Positions 13,523 to 27,339 of a DNA stretch of 64,000 bases are shown piece by piece; position 1 is the stretch's first letter, and the number at the start of each line of letters is the position of its first letter. The stretch lies in contig NMRA01000002.1 in the NCBI GenBank assembly GCA_002633005.1, positions 765,278 to 829,277 of the forward strand, written 5' to 3'. The position numbers were made by a program, and so were the translations under genes. The notes under the pieces are model-generated. The model did not search any database. It saw only the letters and a program-made list of their open reading frames with translations, and had not been told where the DNA came from. Source of the stretch: Phoronis australis. Taxonomy: Eukaryota; Animalia; Phoronida.

Positions 13523-13590
13523 ATGCCCCTAAAGTGGTTTATCAATTATTTAAGTGGTCGCGAACAAACCTTTGCAATTGGAAATGTTAA
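13523..13590 (+). mobile_element. CR1/L2-type LINE reverse transcriptase fragment
   Basis: PLKWFINYLSGREQTFAIGN matches the LxWFxSYLxxRxQxV RT motif. Confidence 0.6.
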
Positions 13591-15308
13591 AGCTAGATAC
13601 CTTTTCCGCTTCATTTTAGTTAAAATCTTCAACAAACGGATTTCACAGCAAGACAGTCCAGTGGAAACATTTACTCAAATAATGCCCAATCAACAAAACT
13701 CCATATATTGTAAAACGTAACTGAACTTTTTTTTTCAATTTACTTTTTATTTTAGGTGGTGCACCACCACCTAAAATGGTCGCCGTAATGAGTGAGCCGA
13801 CTCGTGCATTATGGCTATTCACTCAACTGTCGCACTATGTAATGAGATTTCCGTGGAAAACGCGCCCACTTTTATTTAAAAGAAAACTTTAAAAAGGTTG
13901 ATAGCAAAACAAGGAAGCACAAACAAGCTTGAAAGTGTTGAAACGCTCATATTTTAGTGAATCAGATATCTTTCGACAGGCGAAGCTCATCCTGAGTTCT
14001 AAACTGATTAATATAAAATATCTTTAAGCCAGCTCCCACCACACTGAGTACGGATTGCTGAAACTCTAGTTTGTGTTCATGGCTATTCACGGACACGGTT
14101 TAAAAACGTTTGAACTCTTCCTGACAAAGTGTCAATACTGGACATTGAAAGTAATATATCTTAAAAATATAAGTTTAGTTTCATGGATTTTAGAACATCC
14201 ATAAAAGGGTTTGACCACTTCTCCCCACTGAAAACATGCAAGTTGTAATTGTAAATAAATAAACTCAGAGTGAAATCGAATATTGCTTTCATTATAATTG
14301 TTTCAATACAGTTAGCAACTGCCACACACATTCTACCGCTCGGAATTGCAGTTGAATCATCGTCTTCCTCTTATGACGTGTTTTACTAGAGTATTGAATT
14401 GTCGGCAAGTCAGTCTTATGATAATAGATTTAATGTGTACCTGGTGCTTGAGTATTTAGATAGGCTAGTAGCTTAAAGCTTGGATAGTTAGTGCAAGTGA
14501 TATGGTACTGATTTGGTATCGAGAACCAAAGGTTCGTTCGTTAACCTCTTAAAAGTTTCACTCCAGACACTGATGTTGACAAAAGTGCGATTCCTGGCAC
14601 TATATACTTAGGGGTCTTATTTCATGTGCCTAGGTGTTCATTTGCTTACTCAGAAGATTTTTTCTCCCAGTCAATAAACCGATACATTCCACAGTACAAA
14701 TTCAGAGCGGAAAGGTGAACAAATCAACTTCTGATCTGTGTACCTTCCAAAGGTATTTTCATTTTTTATAAGTACGGTAACTTTAAAGATAATCACTCAT
14801 ACACGAAATAGATGTGCGAGTTCTCTATTGCGGAACGCCTTTTTACGTTTCTGAATTCACCACAATATAGAAAATCACTATGTCCAACTTAATGTTATCT
14901 ATCATCTTATAATCATCCTTCCTGAACTTGTCCTCATCTTATTTGCTTGTTTATATAATTAATTAAAATGTAATTGTTTATATATCGATTTATGATTTCA
15001 TCGATGTACCAATGTATTATTAAACTGTTTTCACGTATAAATCTTATTATCTCATATATCTTGGTTTTGTTTGTCATCATTGGTTAAAGAGGCCTGGAAC
15101 GCAATAAACAGCCGGACTAAATTGCATTATTGAAAGTGGTTCTCTTAGTTTCAAATTTCTAAAAACAATGTGCCAACAGCTCGTCACTTCGTCGATCTTC
15201 TCCCAAAAGGCATAGCACGTCTCCTTATTTGGCATGGCAAGACATAGACGTAGCACATTTCCCGTGTATGGAAAATGTGACCTTTGACCTCAAGCGACTT
15301 TAAGCAAC

Positions 15309-15454
15309 TGACTATGAGCGCATACGCGTATTTACTATAAATGGAAGGGAAATTAGAAACTCTGTAGTAACCACAGTTTTCCTTCGCGCTTATTTAAAAA
15401 ATCGTGAATTTTGCGATTTTTTTCTGGAAATTTCCTCACAGGGGAAAGTGAATT
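15309..15454 (+). repeat. Dispersed repeat, inverted partner at 22839-22978
   Basis: ttttccttcgcgc...cacaggggaaagtgaatt is the reverse complement of aattcactttcccctgtg...gcgcgaaggaaaa. Confidence 0.8.
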
Positions 15455-18400
15455 ACTCTGTATTAGAGGTTGCGAGATTGTACTTTTGTCAACAACTGTT
15501 TAAAACGACAAGCTTTCGCGTTCCTAGCCTCTTTGATATGGTTTATATCCACGACTATCCCTAACAATGTCACATCCGATACTCTACCTATTTCGAACAA
15601 GGTGCTCGATTTCAAAACTAAAACTCTATACTGTTACGCAACGTTGATATAAGTGATGTGAACAACCAGCAATCAATCAGAAAACGCAATTAGTTACTGT
15701 TACGACCTGTGAACAACAAGAAAAGCTGGGAAGAGTACGCTTGTCACGTACTCAAACGATCAAGCTGTGAGACGAAAGTGACTGGTTCAAGCGCGAATTT
15801 TATTCTTCGATATCGTAAGGTAGCGTAAGGTTACGTAGTAAATGAAATCAATCAACTTGCACGTCGGGCGCTACGCCCTTTTCGTGAAATTGCCTGCACA
15901 CCCCTTCCAACTTTCCTTTGATTGTTGTATAGTTTTGGCAGGTGACAGCTGTGAGACCCATTCTTTCCCACAAGCACTGCAGGTTCATCCATTCAGGTAA
16001 ATGGGCTACAGTCAGGGGGCTTCGCGCAAAGCAGAGACTCGTAGAAATATTTGCTCAAAGCCAACTTTTCATTATTAACCTTATATGAACACTTGTGCCC
16101 AGAATTCAATCACGAGAAAATAGTATCTGTATTGCATTTTGTAATCAGTACATGGCTTGTGTTTCGCGTAGGCTTGGTTTTAGTGTAGTAGCCAGCAATA
16201 AGTACCTAGAAATGTTTGGTAGTATAAGGTTTTTGTTTTTTCGTGACTAGGTAGCATCCCTGAAGCATTGTTGAAATCATGACAATCTTGGACATTTTTG
16301 AATATGCCGCAAATATGCAAGTTACTGGTAACTTCTATACCAAGCACCGCTGGTAGATAATTTCATGTTTTCACCCATGGAGAGTGAATTTAAAGGGACT
16401 AGTTTGGTTGTGAATACATCGAGAATTCGTAAAAATTATGTAAAGTAAGGCACATGTGATTGAAAGTTCTAAAATTCTCCCTATGCTTATTGCTGCTGGT
16501 ATCAGCACCACAAGCTAAATAAACATTGATGACTGCATGCATTTTTCGTGTTTCTAAATGAAACCCGTTTGCATGTCGTTCCACGATAGATTTGCATAAT
16601 TTATGCAATTAAAGACAACCATTATTTAAAACTCTGTTGCAGCTGTATTTAAAGTTCTGTTTCTGCTCACGATAGCTTTCTTCCATGCGCTTCACATATT
16701 TTTTTGGTATTTGTACACGTGCTTCTGTGGTCGTTGAACTTAAAGAAATCAATCTGCAGGTCATTACACAATAAATCTGCATTATTTACGAAAATTGAGA
16801 TTACCAAGAGTAGTTTGGCTCATCAACTTGGTTACATAACTCTGAACGGTTTGAGAGACTTTTGTACGACTGCACCATCTGAACCAAGATCTGTAAATCG
16901 TCTTGCTTTTAATGAAGGTACTAAGATCATATACACCCGCATGTTCATGGGCATAGCTTTACCTTCACCCGTGATTTGCCTTACAACTGCATCATCAAGC
17001 TTAGTAATGCTAAGGGTTTGTTAGGGTATTTCCAAAGCCAACAAATGAAGCACAACCTAACATTCAAGAAACAATAATTTAGTCAAACATTTCTTTGTGG
17101 AGATGTTGCTCTCTAAATTACGAAACTTGTCATTAACACCTACTGATATAAATGTTTATTCATTTTGTTTGACGTACATTTTGTCAATCACACTGCTCAA
17201 CATGTCATCGCCACACGTGACTAGGCGGCTGTATATCAGCCCCAACTCTTGTAAAACGGTCATAACCAGTGCTAGAACTTAAATTTTAGTCTAGCAAGCA
17301 TACTTTTGTTTCTAACCATTGAAATTTGAGACAAAACCTAATATTAAGCTTTTCATGGGATTAAGTCAAATAATTTGAAACCTGATAACAATTGCTGTGA
17401 TAATTACAAATGAGCAAATCACACTGCGGCCCTATGACACATGTAACATGTTTCCATCTCGTGAGATTTTTTAAAGACGTTTGCATATAACAGCGCTGTA
17501 AAAATATGCATAACGCAATTTGAAGTCAAATGTGGGAGCAGATGAGCAGCGATCACAGCGCCACAACTCGACAACCCCAATGCCACTGACCAAGGCAAGG
17601 GCAATTTCCGCCAAAAATCAATTGCGGTTGGTCAAGTTCATAGTTGCATGAATTCCGTAAACACGGTTGGGATAAATATACAATATGTGTGGGGAAACCT
17701 CAAAATTGTGTCCACTCTGGGCTACTGTTCATTTCTCGCGCATCAACTGCATCAACTGTTAAAGGGACATGAAATCAATTTAACACCTTCCTATAAAGAG
17801 TGATTAGAGCTACAAATAAGATTAATACCCTCACATAAAATGGCCAATTTGATTGGGGAATATATTCACGAATATATGGGTCATTAAATCTGAAATTGTG
17901 GCCACTCTGACGTAACATACAATAGGGAACGAACGCACGCTCGGAATCAATGATTTGGTTTAAATGCCAACTGTGTTCGAAGACAATGCTGAATTGTTCC
18001 ATGTCCATTGTGAGATCACAATTAACCTATGAACTAAAACACTGAATTCTATCAATTTTGCTCAAAGTTCACTTTTTGATCGGATGTGAGCTATCATTTG
18101 AACTGTCTATTGCTTTACGTCGAAGGGAAACATCCTTTCGTGAATATGATTGGTATTTGTTCTAGTCTGAGGCTCACTATTACCGAACTTCGGGTTCAAT
18201 AGACCCGTCCTGAAATAGCACAACGCCACTCTTATGTTGATAAATTTACCCACAATGCAACACATTTGTACTGCACTTGTTTTGCTGCTTCAGATGCAAA
18301 CGCTGGTCGCTATTTCATAATCTTACTTCACGTACTTCATCAATGTGATGCTGGCAAGCTTGTATTGTATTATTTTGGGTTGCGATGTTGACGCCAAGAG

Positions 18401-19121
18401 ATTGCCATAATAGACAAATATCTCTGTTTCCTTTTTATCATCCACGGGTGAACTAACGTTAAATATCGTCGGTTTTCCATCAATATTTCGTGAAATGTAC
18501 AGAACGTACTGCGTTACGGCAATTAAATCTGAAAATTTATCAGGTGATTGACTCCTAAATAAAACGTTTGTAAACGACAGTCGTGCGTTATTTATGGTGG
18601 GAGAATAAACACTGACTAATTAAACGTTCTAAATGGTCTGTTTTGACAGCCAAAAGTTGCACTGAGTACAACATTAATTAGTATTAACATGACATGGCTT
18701 TGCGTTGGTCTTAGAGCAAAGCTAGTGATTGGTCATAAAAATGCGATTGAATAACTTTGCAACGACGGCTGGGACTCCGAACTCGGACACATATTGGTTC
18801 CTTCATCGTTATTCTACAGACAATAACTGTACAGTAATATACATGTACTACTTTCAGCATACTTCGAATAATTCATTACGTGCAGAATAACAACAAAATA
18901 ACAAACGGTGTTCATTATGTACCAGCTGTACCATTTTTAATTACAAAAGTAATAACACTAATCAGACCAGTCAATTTATGTCACTAATTTCGAGAACAGG
19001 CATTTTCGACTAGCACGAAGCAGACTGCGCGCTGGTGACCGGAAAGAGACTTGTGGAAACTTTTTTTTCTTTTCTACCGGAAAAAGGCAGTTATTAGGAT
19101 GTCCGTTGATCCCAGTTTTAA

Positions 19122-20380
19122 AGGCCCACTGTGGTGCCAATATGACTATACATGTATTGATGAAAAACAAAACATCAACATACGGTGTCATAGCATACGC
19201 CAATCGTTAATTAAGTAGGCATTTTACTTTACAACAGCCCACCACGAACCCCATTTAGCGCCAAAAACTTGAGATGGCGCTCGCACCTATGACATCATCC
19301 ACACAGCGAATTTGACTTTCACCGTATCTCCAGGCGTAACACGAAACGTCAAAGTGCTCACTGCAGATCTTGTAGCCACCCAGCTGTATGAAGACTATCG
19401 TCAAAGACAACTAAATAGGCACCACTGTGTGTTGAGCTCCTTAGACACTTGAAATTTCATACAGCGCGGGTAGAACTGCTCGTCACCTCGTCGTGAAAAT
19501 ATCAACGTGTAGAGCCAACGACCGGGCATGCATGAAAAATCTGGAGTCAACCTTGCCCGTTGCCGCCGTTTGAGTGAATAACAATCTAATTAACGTCATT
19601 TCTTGCATATTTCTCCTCCTTTTGTTACAAAGAAAAGTCTGTCGTCATTTTGAAGATATTACGCTCGTGACACCCACACGTCCCATTTCAGTCATAAAAT
19701 TTTGTGACCTCTCTCGCGAGATGATGACAGCTTCACAGCAGCAAAATGTGTTCTGAAATTCGGTTTGCTTGTATTAAAATACTGAAAACGAGTAACGAAA
19801 TGAAACCAGTTCCGAAAATTTAGTTGATTGAAGAATCGGGGAACAGAAACTGGCCAGGTGACGGCGCCAAAAGCCGACGCAAAAAAGCGCCCCGTAATTT
19901 TAGCAGCAGATGAACGGTAGAATGCCAATTTACCAACACTGATTAATAATTTAATTTACTGAAAGAAGAACACTGTAGCTTTTAATGACACTAATTTAGT
20001 ACAAAGCTGTAGATTTGCAGTCATGTACCCAGAGTAGAACAGATCGTCCTGATCGAGAATTTTGTCGCGAGTCCTCGTCGTGAAAACGAATCTATTGCAT
20101 GCACGGCCCATGACGGGATCGGCGGGGAAGTTGCACAAATGTATGCCATTGCCGCTTACATTCCTGCACCCGTACACCACGCAACGCGGCATTTTAGTCC
20201 AAAGACCGATAACTAGCCTACTATACGTCCAAGAAGTAACACCCGGCTGTTGCGCAGTGAGGCTTTGGGGGAAATTTCGTTGGCTCGATGATGTCACATG
20301 TATCACTTTACGCTGATTGATTGAGAACTTTTCGGTGACGCTCAAAGGGGCTACAAATTATGGGCTCAGTAAATTACGTC
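19122..20380 (-). mobile_element. Old Kolobok-like non-autonomous element carrying a THAP relic
   Basis: ttaa|AGGCCC terminus at 19122; inverted subterminal tgacatcatc (19289) / gatgatgtca (20288); THAP at 19960-20192. Confidence 0.55.
19960..20192 (-). pseudogene. THAP zinc-finger relic
   Basis: MPRCVVYGCRNVSGNGIHLCNFPADPVMGRACNRFVFTTR matches MPxCxxxGCxN...FPxD...(W)xxFV..TR. Confidence 0.85.
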
Positions 20381-20382
20381 GC

Positions 20383-20767
20383 AATAGGATCGTCCCGGAT
20401 TTCACAGCGATAGAACTCTCCTTTCTCCCGGAGGTAAGAGAGCGCGTGACCTAGGATTGAAAATCAAACATTTTCGTGTCTCTCATTGATGTCGGGAAGG
20501 CGATGAATTTCTGATCACACATCCACGGATATTTGTCCAGATTATTAAACCTTTTCACGTTGCAGCCCTTAGCAAAGCAGTGATACTTCGTTGTCATTGG
20601 ATGGACGAATAGAGTAATATAACTGAGAAAAACTTGTAAAGGTAAATAATGCAATAGCAAATAACAAGTGAAACTCCAGTGGCACGAAAACGAGGCAACA
20701 AATGTGCCTGACCGATGAAAATACAGCTAGATTCGAATGTCGCTGTGTAATTCGGAGCGGCCCCATT
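20383..20767 (-). mobile_element. Small TIR element (ISL2EU/Harbinger-like) with a THAP N-terminal fragment
   Basis: aataggatcgtcccggatttcacagcga versus revcomp aatggggccgctccgaattacacagcga; MTTKYHCFAKGCN...KYPWM...FIAFPT at 20451-20597 (-). Confidence 0.65.
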
Positions 20768-22838
20768 GATTACTTTCTGTGGTATGCAAGCAACAAAAAA
20801 TAACAAAAAAACAACAGAATTTTATTAAAAAATATTTGTATTTCTGGTGTCAAAAGGCTGTTTGATGACTGGAGGTTATCTTTAACAGTCATAGATTTAT
20901 GGTCTATTTCAGTTTCAAAAACGCCATTATTGATTGCAGATGCAGTAGGTGCATGTTCACTCTGCTTTGAATGCCAGACTTCCCACATCTCATCTATCTA
21001 TCTGTCAATTTTGAAATAGCGTCACTTGTGCTGTCAAGGTGACCCAGGAACCACCTATTTGTTTCATTATGCTTTATAATCTGGAACCCAGAAAGTGAGA
21101 GTCTCGTTTCGAGAGTAACACTTGGCAATTGGCATGTTTTGGTTCTTCGGGAATTTACTAGATTTCAAAAATTACAAAAACATGATATGTTGCTCAAAGT
21201 CAGTTACTTGCATGTAACCACAGTTACGCATGAACTATAAGTGTTTCTGTTGTTGAGAAATACTGCGAAAGCCGGCGAATTACTCGCGGTTAAGAACACT
21301 TTCAAAGAAAATGATCTGATTAGCAAGACTGACTTGTTATTTTTGTATTTTTGAGGTTATAGAATACCCAAATGACTGCTTCGGTGTTTCGTGGGCGTCA
21401 CAAAGCAGTAAGTGGAGGCAAGTCAGACGTGTTGACATGTTTTGCTGAACTGAAACACGAGCGGTTATTTTATGAGATGTATTTCATTTAAAAGGGCCAT
21501 GACCACGCCATGACATCTCGATTTGACTAGGCATGGACTGATCCAAATTAAGTCTCCGTGCTGATATCATTTACTTCTACAGAGTAGTGAGGCCCTATCA
21601 TGTGAGTAGTTTACAAAAGGATCAAATCTAGCGTTACACAAACATTAAGTATGTCACATAAATATGCCTAATGCCTTGGCTTAGCCAAAGGAGTTATCGA
21701 ATGTCAATCCCGACACAGCCTGTCATTGGCTCATTGCGGATACTATGGCATCGCGGCAGGTAGTTCGTTTAAGGGTTGAGTTGTTTACCCCTATTTAGGA
21801 CCAGCTGGGATCACACTTAGTAATCAAGCCTCGGCACCTTAGCTCTGGGCAAATGATGGATCTGAGGATAAGGGCTTTGAAGTTATGGCAAACCACTTTC
21901 CCAGGCACTCTTCCGGAATATACCCTTCATCCCGAAATATTTTCCCAAAACAGCGCTCCTGACCACTATTTCGGAAAATTGACAATTTAACCTGGGAATT
22001 GCACGCTTTTATGTATGAGCGTGATATCTGTGTATTTTTAGAACTTGAACCATTTTTCTGATGCATGATAAACAGACGTTCTTGGCATTCGTAGCACGTA
22101 GGAGCCAAACCGAACATGCCTAGCTAATGACTCTCAAGCATTTGTTTACAGAAAACATACGTAAAATTTAAATGTAGAGTAGAGTCCAAACTGAAGTGCA
22201 TGATTTTGCTAAAGTTGTAAAGAACAGACACGAGAGACATTCGGCCACAGGGACAGATGCTTTCGTGAGTGGGCACAACGTGATTTTTGGTGTCTGATTT
22301 GCCGTAAAAGATCGATAAATTTATGCAACTTTTCAATGTTTTTAGAAAGTTTACACTGTACCTATCCAGCAAATGGTGCACTGTAACTTAGTACGTGTGT
22401 CGTTTTGATTGAATGGCTTGTAGTATGACGTAATAGTTCTTAGGGCCTCGTTGCGTTGCAGATTTTCTCAGAAAAAGTCTTACCGAAATAAAACATTTTG
22501 GTAGACATGAAATCTACGCGAATGTTTTGGATGAAATGCGGTTCTTTCTTGAAACGGTCTTGAGACCAATTTAAGTTTAATCATAAAATTTAAGATTTTT
22601 CCTTAGCTAAGTCAGTTTTGTGGAAACGGGCCCCACACCGCTTATATCAGAGGTTAGTTTTGGTCGATGGCCTCTATGCTCAGAGTGCGCCCAAGTACCA
22701 GATTACCATAGTGGTGGCTCTCGTGCCCCCACCAAGTAGACAGCCCCTTTAAAGAGGCATCGGACGCGAAAGCTCGTCAAAAATATCTTCTAAACAATTC
22801 CTGGCGGATGTACCACCTTGTAACGTCAGGTAAAGATC

Positions 22839-22978
22839 AATTCACTTTCCCCTGTGAAGGAATTTCAGAAAATCACTAAATTCCCGATTTATGAAATACG
22901 CGCGAAGGAAAACTCTGTAGTCACCACAGGAATTCTGATCTTCCACTTATGATAAATGCGCGCACGCGCTCGCAGTCA
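22839..22978 (-). repeat. Dispersed repeat, inverted partner of 15309-15454
   Basis: ~140-bp reverse-complement match. Confidence 0.8.
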
Positions 22979-24449
22979 TTCGACCAACATCTGAATGATT
23001 AGCTGGATATTTACGACAGAGTCTCATGTGTGATCGCACTCCAAATCTTAAGTCGACAAAAAGTATGAGGCAAACCAATGAAGTAGTGAATTTTCCAAAA
23101 ATAATTCCACGTGCATTTTAGAATATATTTGAATAAGTCTTGGAGTTATGGCAAACACGACTGAGTGAGTGTCCCTATTTGAAGCCAGGTGAATTAGGAT
23201 AATGAAAATTAATCCTTTATGTCAAAAATGCACAAAGAGCTTTGATAATTCACTCTTAGCTGTTACATAATCGCCCGTGGTGTTGAGATTAAACATTCTG
23301 TCGGGTATTGGTATTTTTCGGTGAGAGGTTTGTACCTATACCTAGCTGTGTAATTCTGCTTTTTTAATTGATCAATGATGTGAAATGCATATTCTAATTT
23401 GTAGTCAATAATGTTGCAAACCTTAATTTGGGGAGCATCTGCCTCCTGACTTTTGCCACCATACCAACTATTAAAACGGTAATAAACCCACGCTCCGCCC
23501 GAGATTTTGCCAACAAACCAACCATTACGAAATTCATCTCAAATTGCTTTTTAGTCATTTTATAAGTGAGTTCAGGTTTTCAAAAGGTGTGGCACTTCGC
23601 GCTTGATTATTGGTGGAGACCTGGAGTCGAGTTCAATAATGCTATCTTGCTAGGAAAGCAATATTTTGCGAGATATTGCAGTGTGTTTTCAGTAACACTC
23701 CGTGATTTTGCCAGGCTAGGTTCTTGTCGCTGCGAGACAGCCACTGAACAATACCATGTCAGGATTTGCCATTTAATGTGTCCAGTACAGTTTTGGAGAA
23801 AGCCATTGATAGCCGCCTTAATTATCTTACACAAATTTTTGCATTGTTCATTTGTCTTTACAATTTGGAAACACATAAAGATTTAACAGCTATAGAACAC
23901 AACAATTTGTTTAGTTAGCTACAAGGCTGGTTTGATAATGCAACTTCATTATTAATGATGAAATACATATTACACTCAACGTGAAGATAACTTAAATTCG
24001 CATACCTCACGTTTTGCATGGGCCTTCTCGTTTATCACCAATTCCCTTTTTACTGATTCAGTTGCTGTTATCAGTAACCATTTGGACAGATCATAACTGT
24101 AAAAGCGAATTTAACCCCAAACCATACAAAACTCATGGATATTCAAGAGAAATGTACGTCATTCACATGATAAGATATATCTTCGGCGGATAAAGAACCG
24201 AGTCGGTAAGAAGTGAAGTGCAGTTGATAAGAGAAGTACCGCAGCTCTCGTAAGAATTGACTTAATTAAAATAATGAGAATGCCTGTACAATCTGTGAGA
24301 CAGGAACATTACCCCTAGGTCAGAAATAATAGGCCATTTAATCATTACAAACAAAATCTGTTAAATCGGGTCATCAAATAATACACAGTTTCTGTCATTT
24401 CAAAGAAATATCCACGTTTGAAAATAACATGTTCATCCATTGCAAAAGG

Positions 24450-24830
24450 AAGAAAACTATCAAAATGATTTCCAGTGACTTCACAATCACAATGATGAAA
24501 CATCAAGCATTACTTAATGACTTTATGTATTGTTTTTGAAGTCCAAAACAAATATCAATACCCATAACATATTTCACAATGTAACAACATTTTGTGTTTC
24601 GTTTGCCTGAAATTGACGTCAGTCAATTCTTGACGTTTAGGATAATGTATTCCACCCTCTTTATGAGAGTGATTCAAATATTAGTTTAAGTCTGTCTATC
24701 TGAAATTAGGCAATTCCCACTTAGGAATAAAGTAACCGTTTCACTCATATTTGAAGTCCCATTAAAAGCTATCTAGCCCTGTAAACCATTGCTTTTGATT
24801 TGTTTAAGGATGGAAGCCTTTGTTTGGGTT
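24450..24830 (-). mobile_element. Highly decayed LINE RT fragment
   Basis: LNKSKAMVYR (NxxKTKxMVF-like) followed by LHCEICYG (LYGCEIWG-like) across frameshifts. Confidence 0.35.
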
Positions 24831-25132
24831 GTTTTAGTGTTATAGATTCTAATGGTGACCTAGAAACGGCGGTTTGACGTCAGCAGCTGTAGAATGTAAG
24901 TCAAAGTGCTTTGGTCAAGATTATCCATTCTACCAGCGAGAGACACCTCTTTTGTTAACATTGTGAGAACTCACTTATGGCAGCCCATTTCTCGTAAGTT
25001 CGGTTGAGAGCGAAATAATACTTGTAAATTATTGTTTATCCACTGCACGTAAATCAACAATATTTAACAGCATGGATTGTTATAGAGCGCCCCGTACACT
25101 TTACTCTGTGTCTCAGAAACAGAAGTCTCGCC

Positions 25133-26789
25133 TAGGATCTTTTTCATGAAAGTGACTTTTAAGTCACTCTTAAGTGTTAAAAGACTTAAACCAAAAAAAT
25201 GGTCTTAAGCTCCCACTGCAAAGTTGCTCACGGTCTAGAAATGTTTTGTAAAAATTCATCTCAGCAACTAGCAGTTATGTGTATATTGAGAGAAGTTTTT
25301 TATCTTTTGCTGAAATGAGATTTAACAAGTTTTAAAAATAGTTGTGTTACGTGTACCCCTATTTCAAAAAGACGTCATTTTTAAAATCACGTGCCGTTCA
25401 TGCAGCAAAATATTTGTGGTTTTCAAATATCATAAAAATTTCAAACAAAGAGTTGTTCTGGTGAATGAACGCCGTTTTTTGAAATAGCTGCCGCCAGCAC
25501 ACACGGTTTTGTTTACGTGCAACTTATCAGTTAAATCAAATCTCCCGCAAAAAAGCTTTCCCACAATGCAAAGCTCTTGTTTGTCAACCCATACACTATG
25601 AGTAGTGAGTCTGTAGTATGTATTAAAACTTCTGAACATTTTTATTCATTATTATGCTTCGTAAAGTTCATAATGTTCAGGGAAATATGGGCCAGAATGC
25701 AAGATGAAGCACACCTGCAGGCCGAGAGCATGCGTGGCTCGATTTCCTGATCCGAAGGCCTGCAACTGAAATTCGCCAATCGAATGTCAGATCGTCTGGT
25801 TTAGAAAACTCGCCACGAGTTCAACCATACAATTCCTGCAAGTTCCACCCGTCAGACAACTCTCACCGACTACATGTATCTATGAGTGTGACGTCATTCA
25901 ATTTATTCCATGACAAACACGACTTTACCAGTGACTCACTGGAATTTGCGCTACTGACCTACATTTTACTCCACGTGCAGGGCACGCACTTGATCGACCT
26001 TGGACAACGCACTTCCAAATGCCTATGTTAAAACACACTAATTATTTCTTTTCATTGATAAATTTGCCATTATTTTGGAAATTTAAACTAAAGAAGGGAA
26101 CTTGAATCACCGCGACTGCCACTACCGTAAGGCATAGCTTAGACATAAATCGAGAACAAAACAGAGAGTTTCGACTGCTATTGTATTATACTAATTAATA
26201 TACAATCTAATAAACGCATTATCTCTCTTTCTCTCTTTTGACAAAAAATGCGTTTTTCAGCGATTGCTGTTTGGCCGTGACTCCAAAGTTCCGGAACTCA
26301 ACATCACAAGAAAGATTCCATCGATTTTAGTCGCGTTTCAATTTTCTGAAAGCACAATATTTTAATGTGAAAACCGTGTCTCGGATTTTTTATTAGAAAT
26401 TTCTTCCTTTTTCTGTTTAAACTCAATAGTCATGTTATTTTTAGATAATTACTAAACATTGAACGTATTTTCCCTTTAAAAACATCGGCGCTAGCTACGG
26501 AAAATCCCAGACGCGGTTTTTCAGTGTCAATACAGAAAGTTTCATAAATGCTTGTGAAACGACGATTTCCCTGTCAGTGTACCATTCAAAAAACATTTTT
26601 TGTCGAAAATTTATGGTCACGTGACCAGGAGAATGACATAGTGTTTTGAATGATATGCATAGATTTTCAGAATATATACTTTTATGAGTTGTCAGTCGCT
26701 AGTTACGTACTTATTTCAGGAAAAAGACAGTTAAATTAGGGTTATGCGTAACCTTAAGTCTTAAGTCATTTTTCATGAAACAGGTCCCA
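25133..26789. mobile_element. Non-autonomous TIR element, superfamily unassigned; nested small inverted repeat at ~26340-26550
   Basis: ggatctttttcatgaaagtgactt versus aagtcatttttcatgaaacaggtccc; related end at 22560-22633; inner gaaaaccgtgtctcggatttt / aaaatcccagacgcggtttt. Confidence 0.5.
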
Positions 26790-27339
26790 AACACCGTTTT
26801 ACGTTAATTTGCACCAAATGCAAAAGAGCTCACGCAAAGTTTTATTTTTTGATCGGTTATCATATGGTTTTACAAGGGAAAAACGATCTCTGGAGCGACA
26901 AGTCCGTCGTTTTACGTTGATGTTTTTTAAATTTGTCCACTAAATCAAACATGATTGTGGTTTTGTCAAGACCGTATTCCCACTATGCGTTTTGTCTCGA
27001 ACCCTCGGCGTTCAGTCGTTAGGTTCATTATGTAATGTCGCCGGATTTTTGTGGAGAGTACCAAAACTGAAATCCTTACAGTATATGCAATTAGAAAAGA
27101 CATTTGCCCGAAGTCCTACGTGGCCACCGTATTGGATTTTACAAAATGGCTACCATTGTCTATATTGGAGTCTCGAAACAACCTAGAGCTTTTCTTTAGA
27201 CGGCTAAACTACCAATTCAAGGGCCAAAAAATTCAATGTTATCAAAATAGATAAGCTACACTCAACTACACAGTTAACAGACTAGAGTTTTCAGTTATAT
27301 TGAATGTTTTACTAATGATCAGACACCAACGTTCTTATT

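Noticed and set aside
15942-15996. 55-bp plus-strand exon candidate
   Set aside because: Short, no homology, no partner exons; compatible with chance
21839-22381. Adjacent minus-strand ORFs (92 and 85 aa)
   Set aside because: No recognisable domain or splice structure
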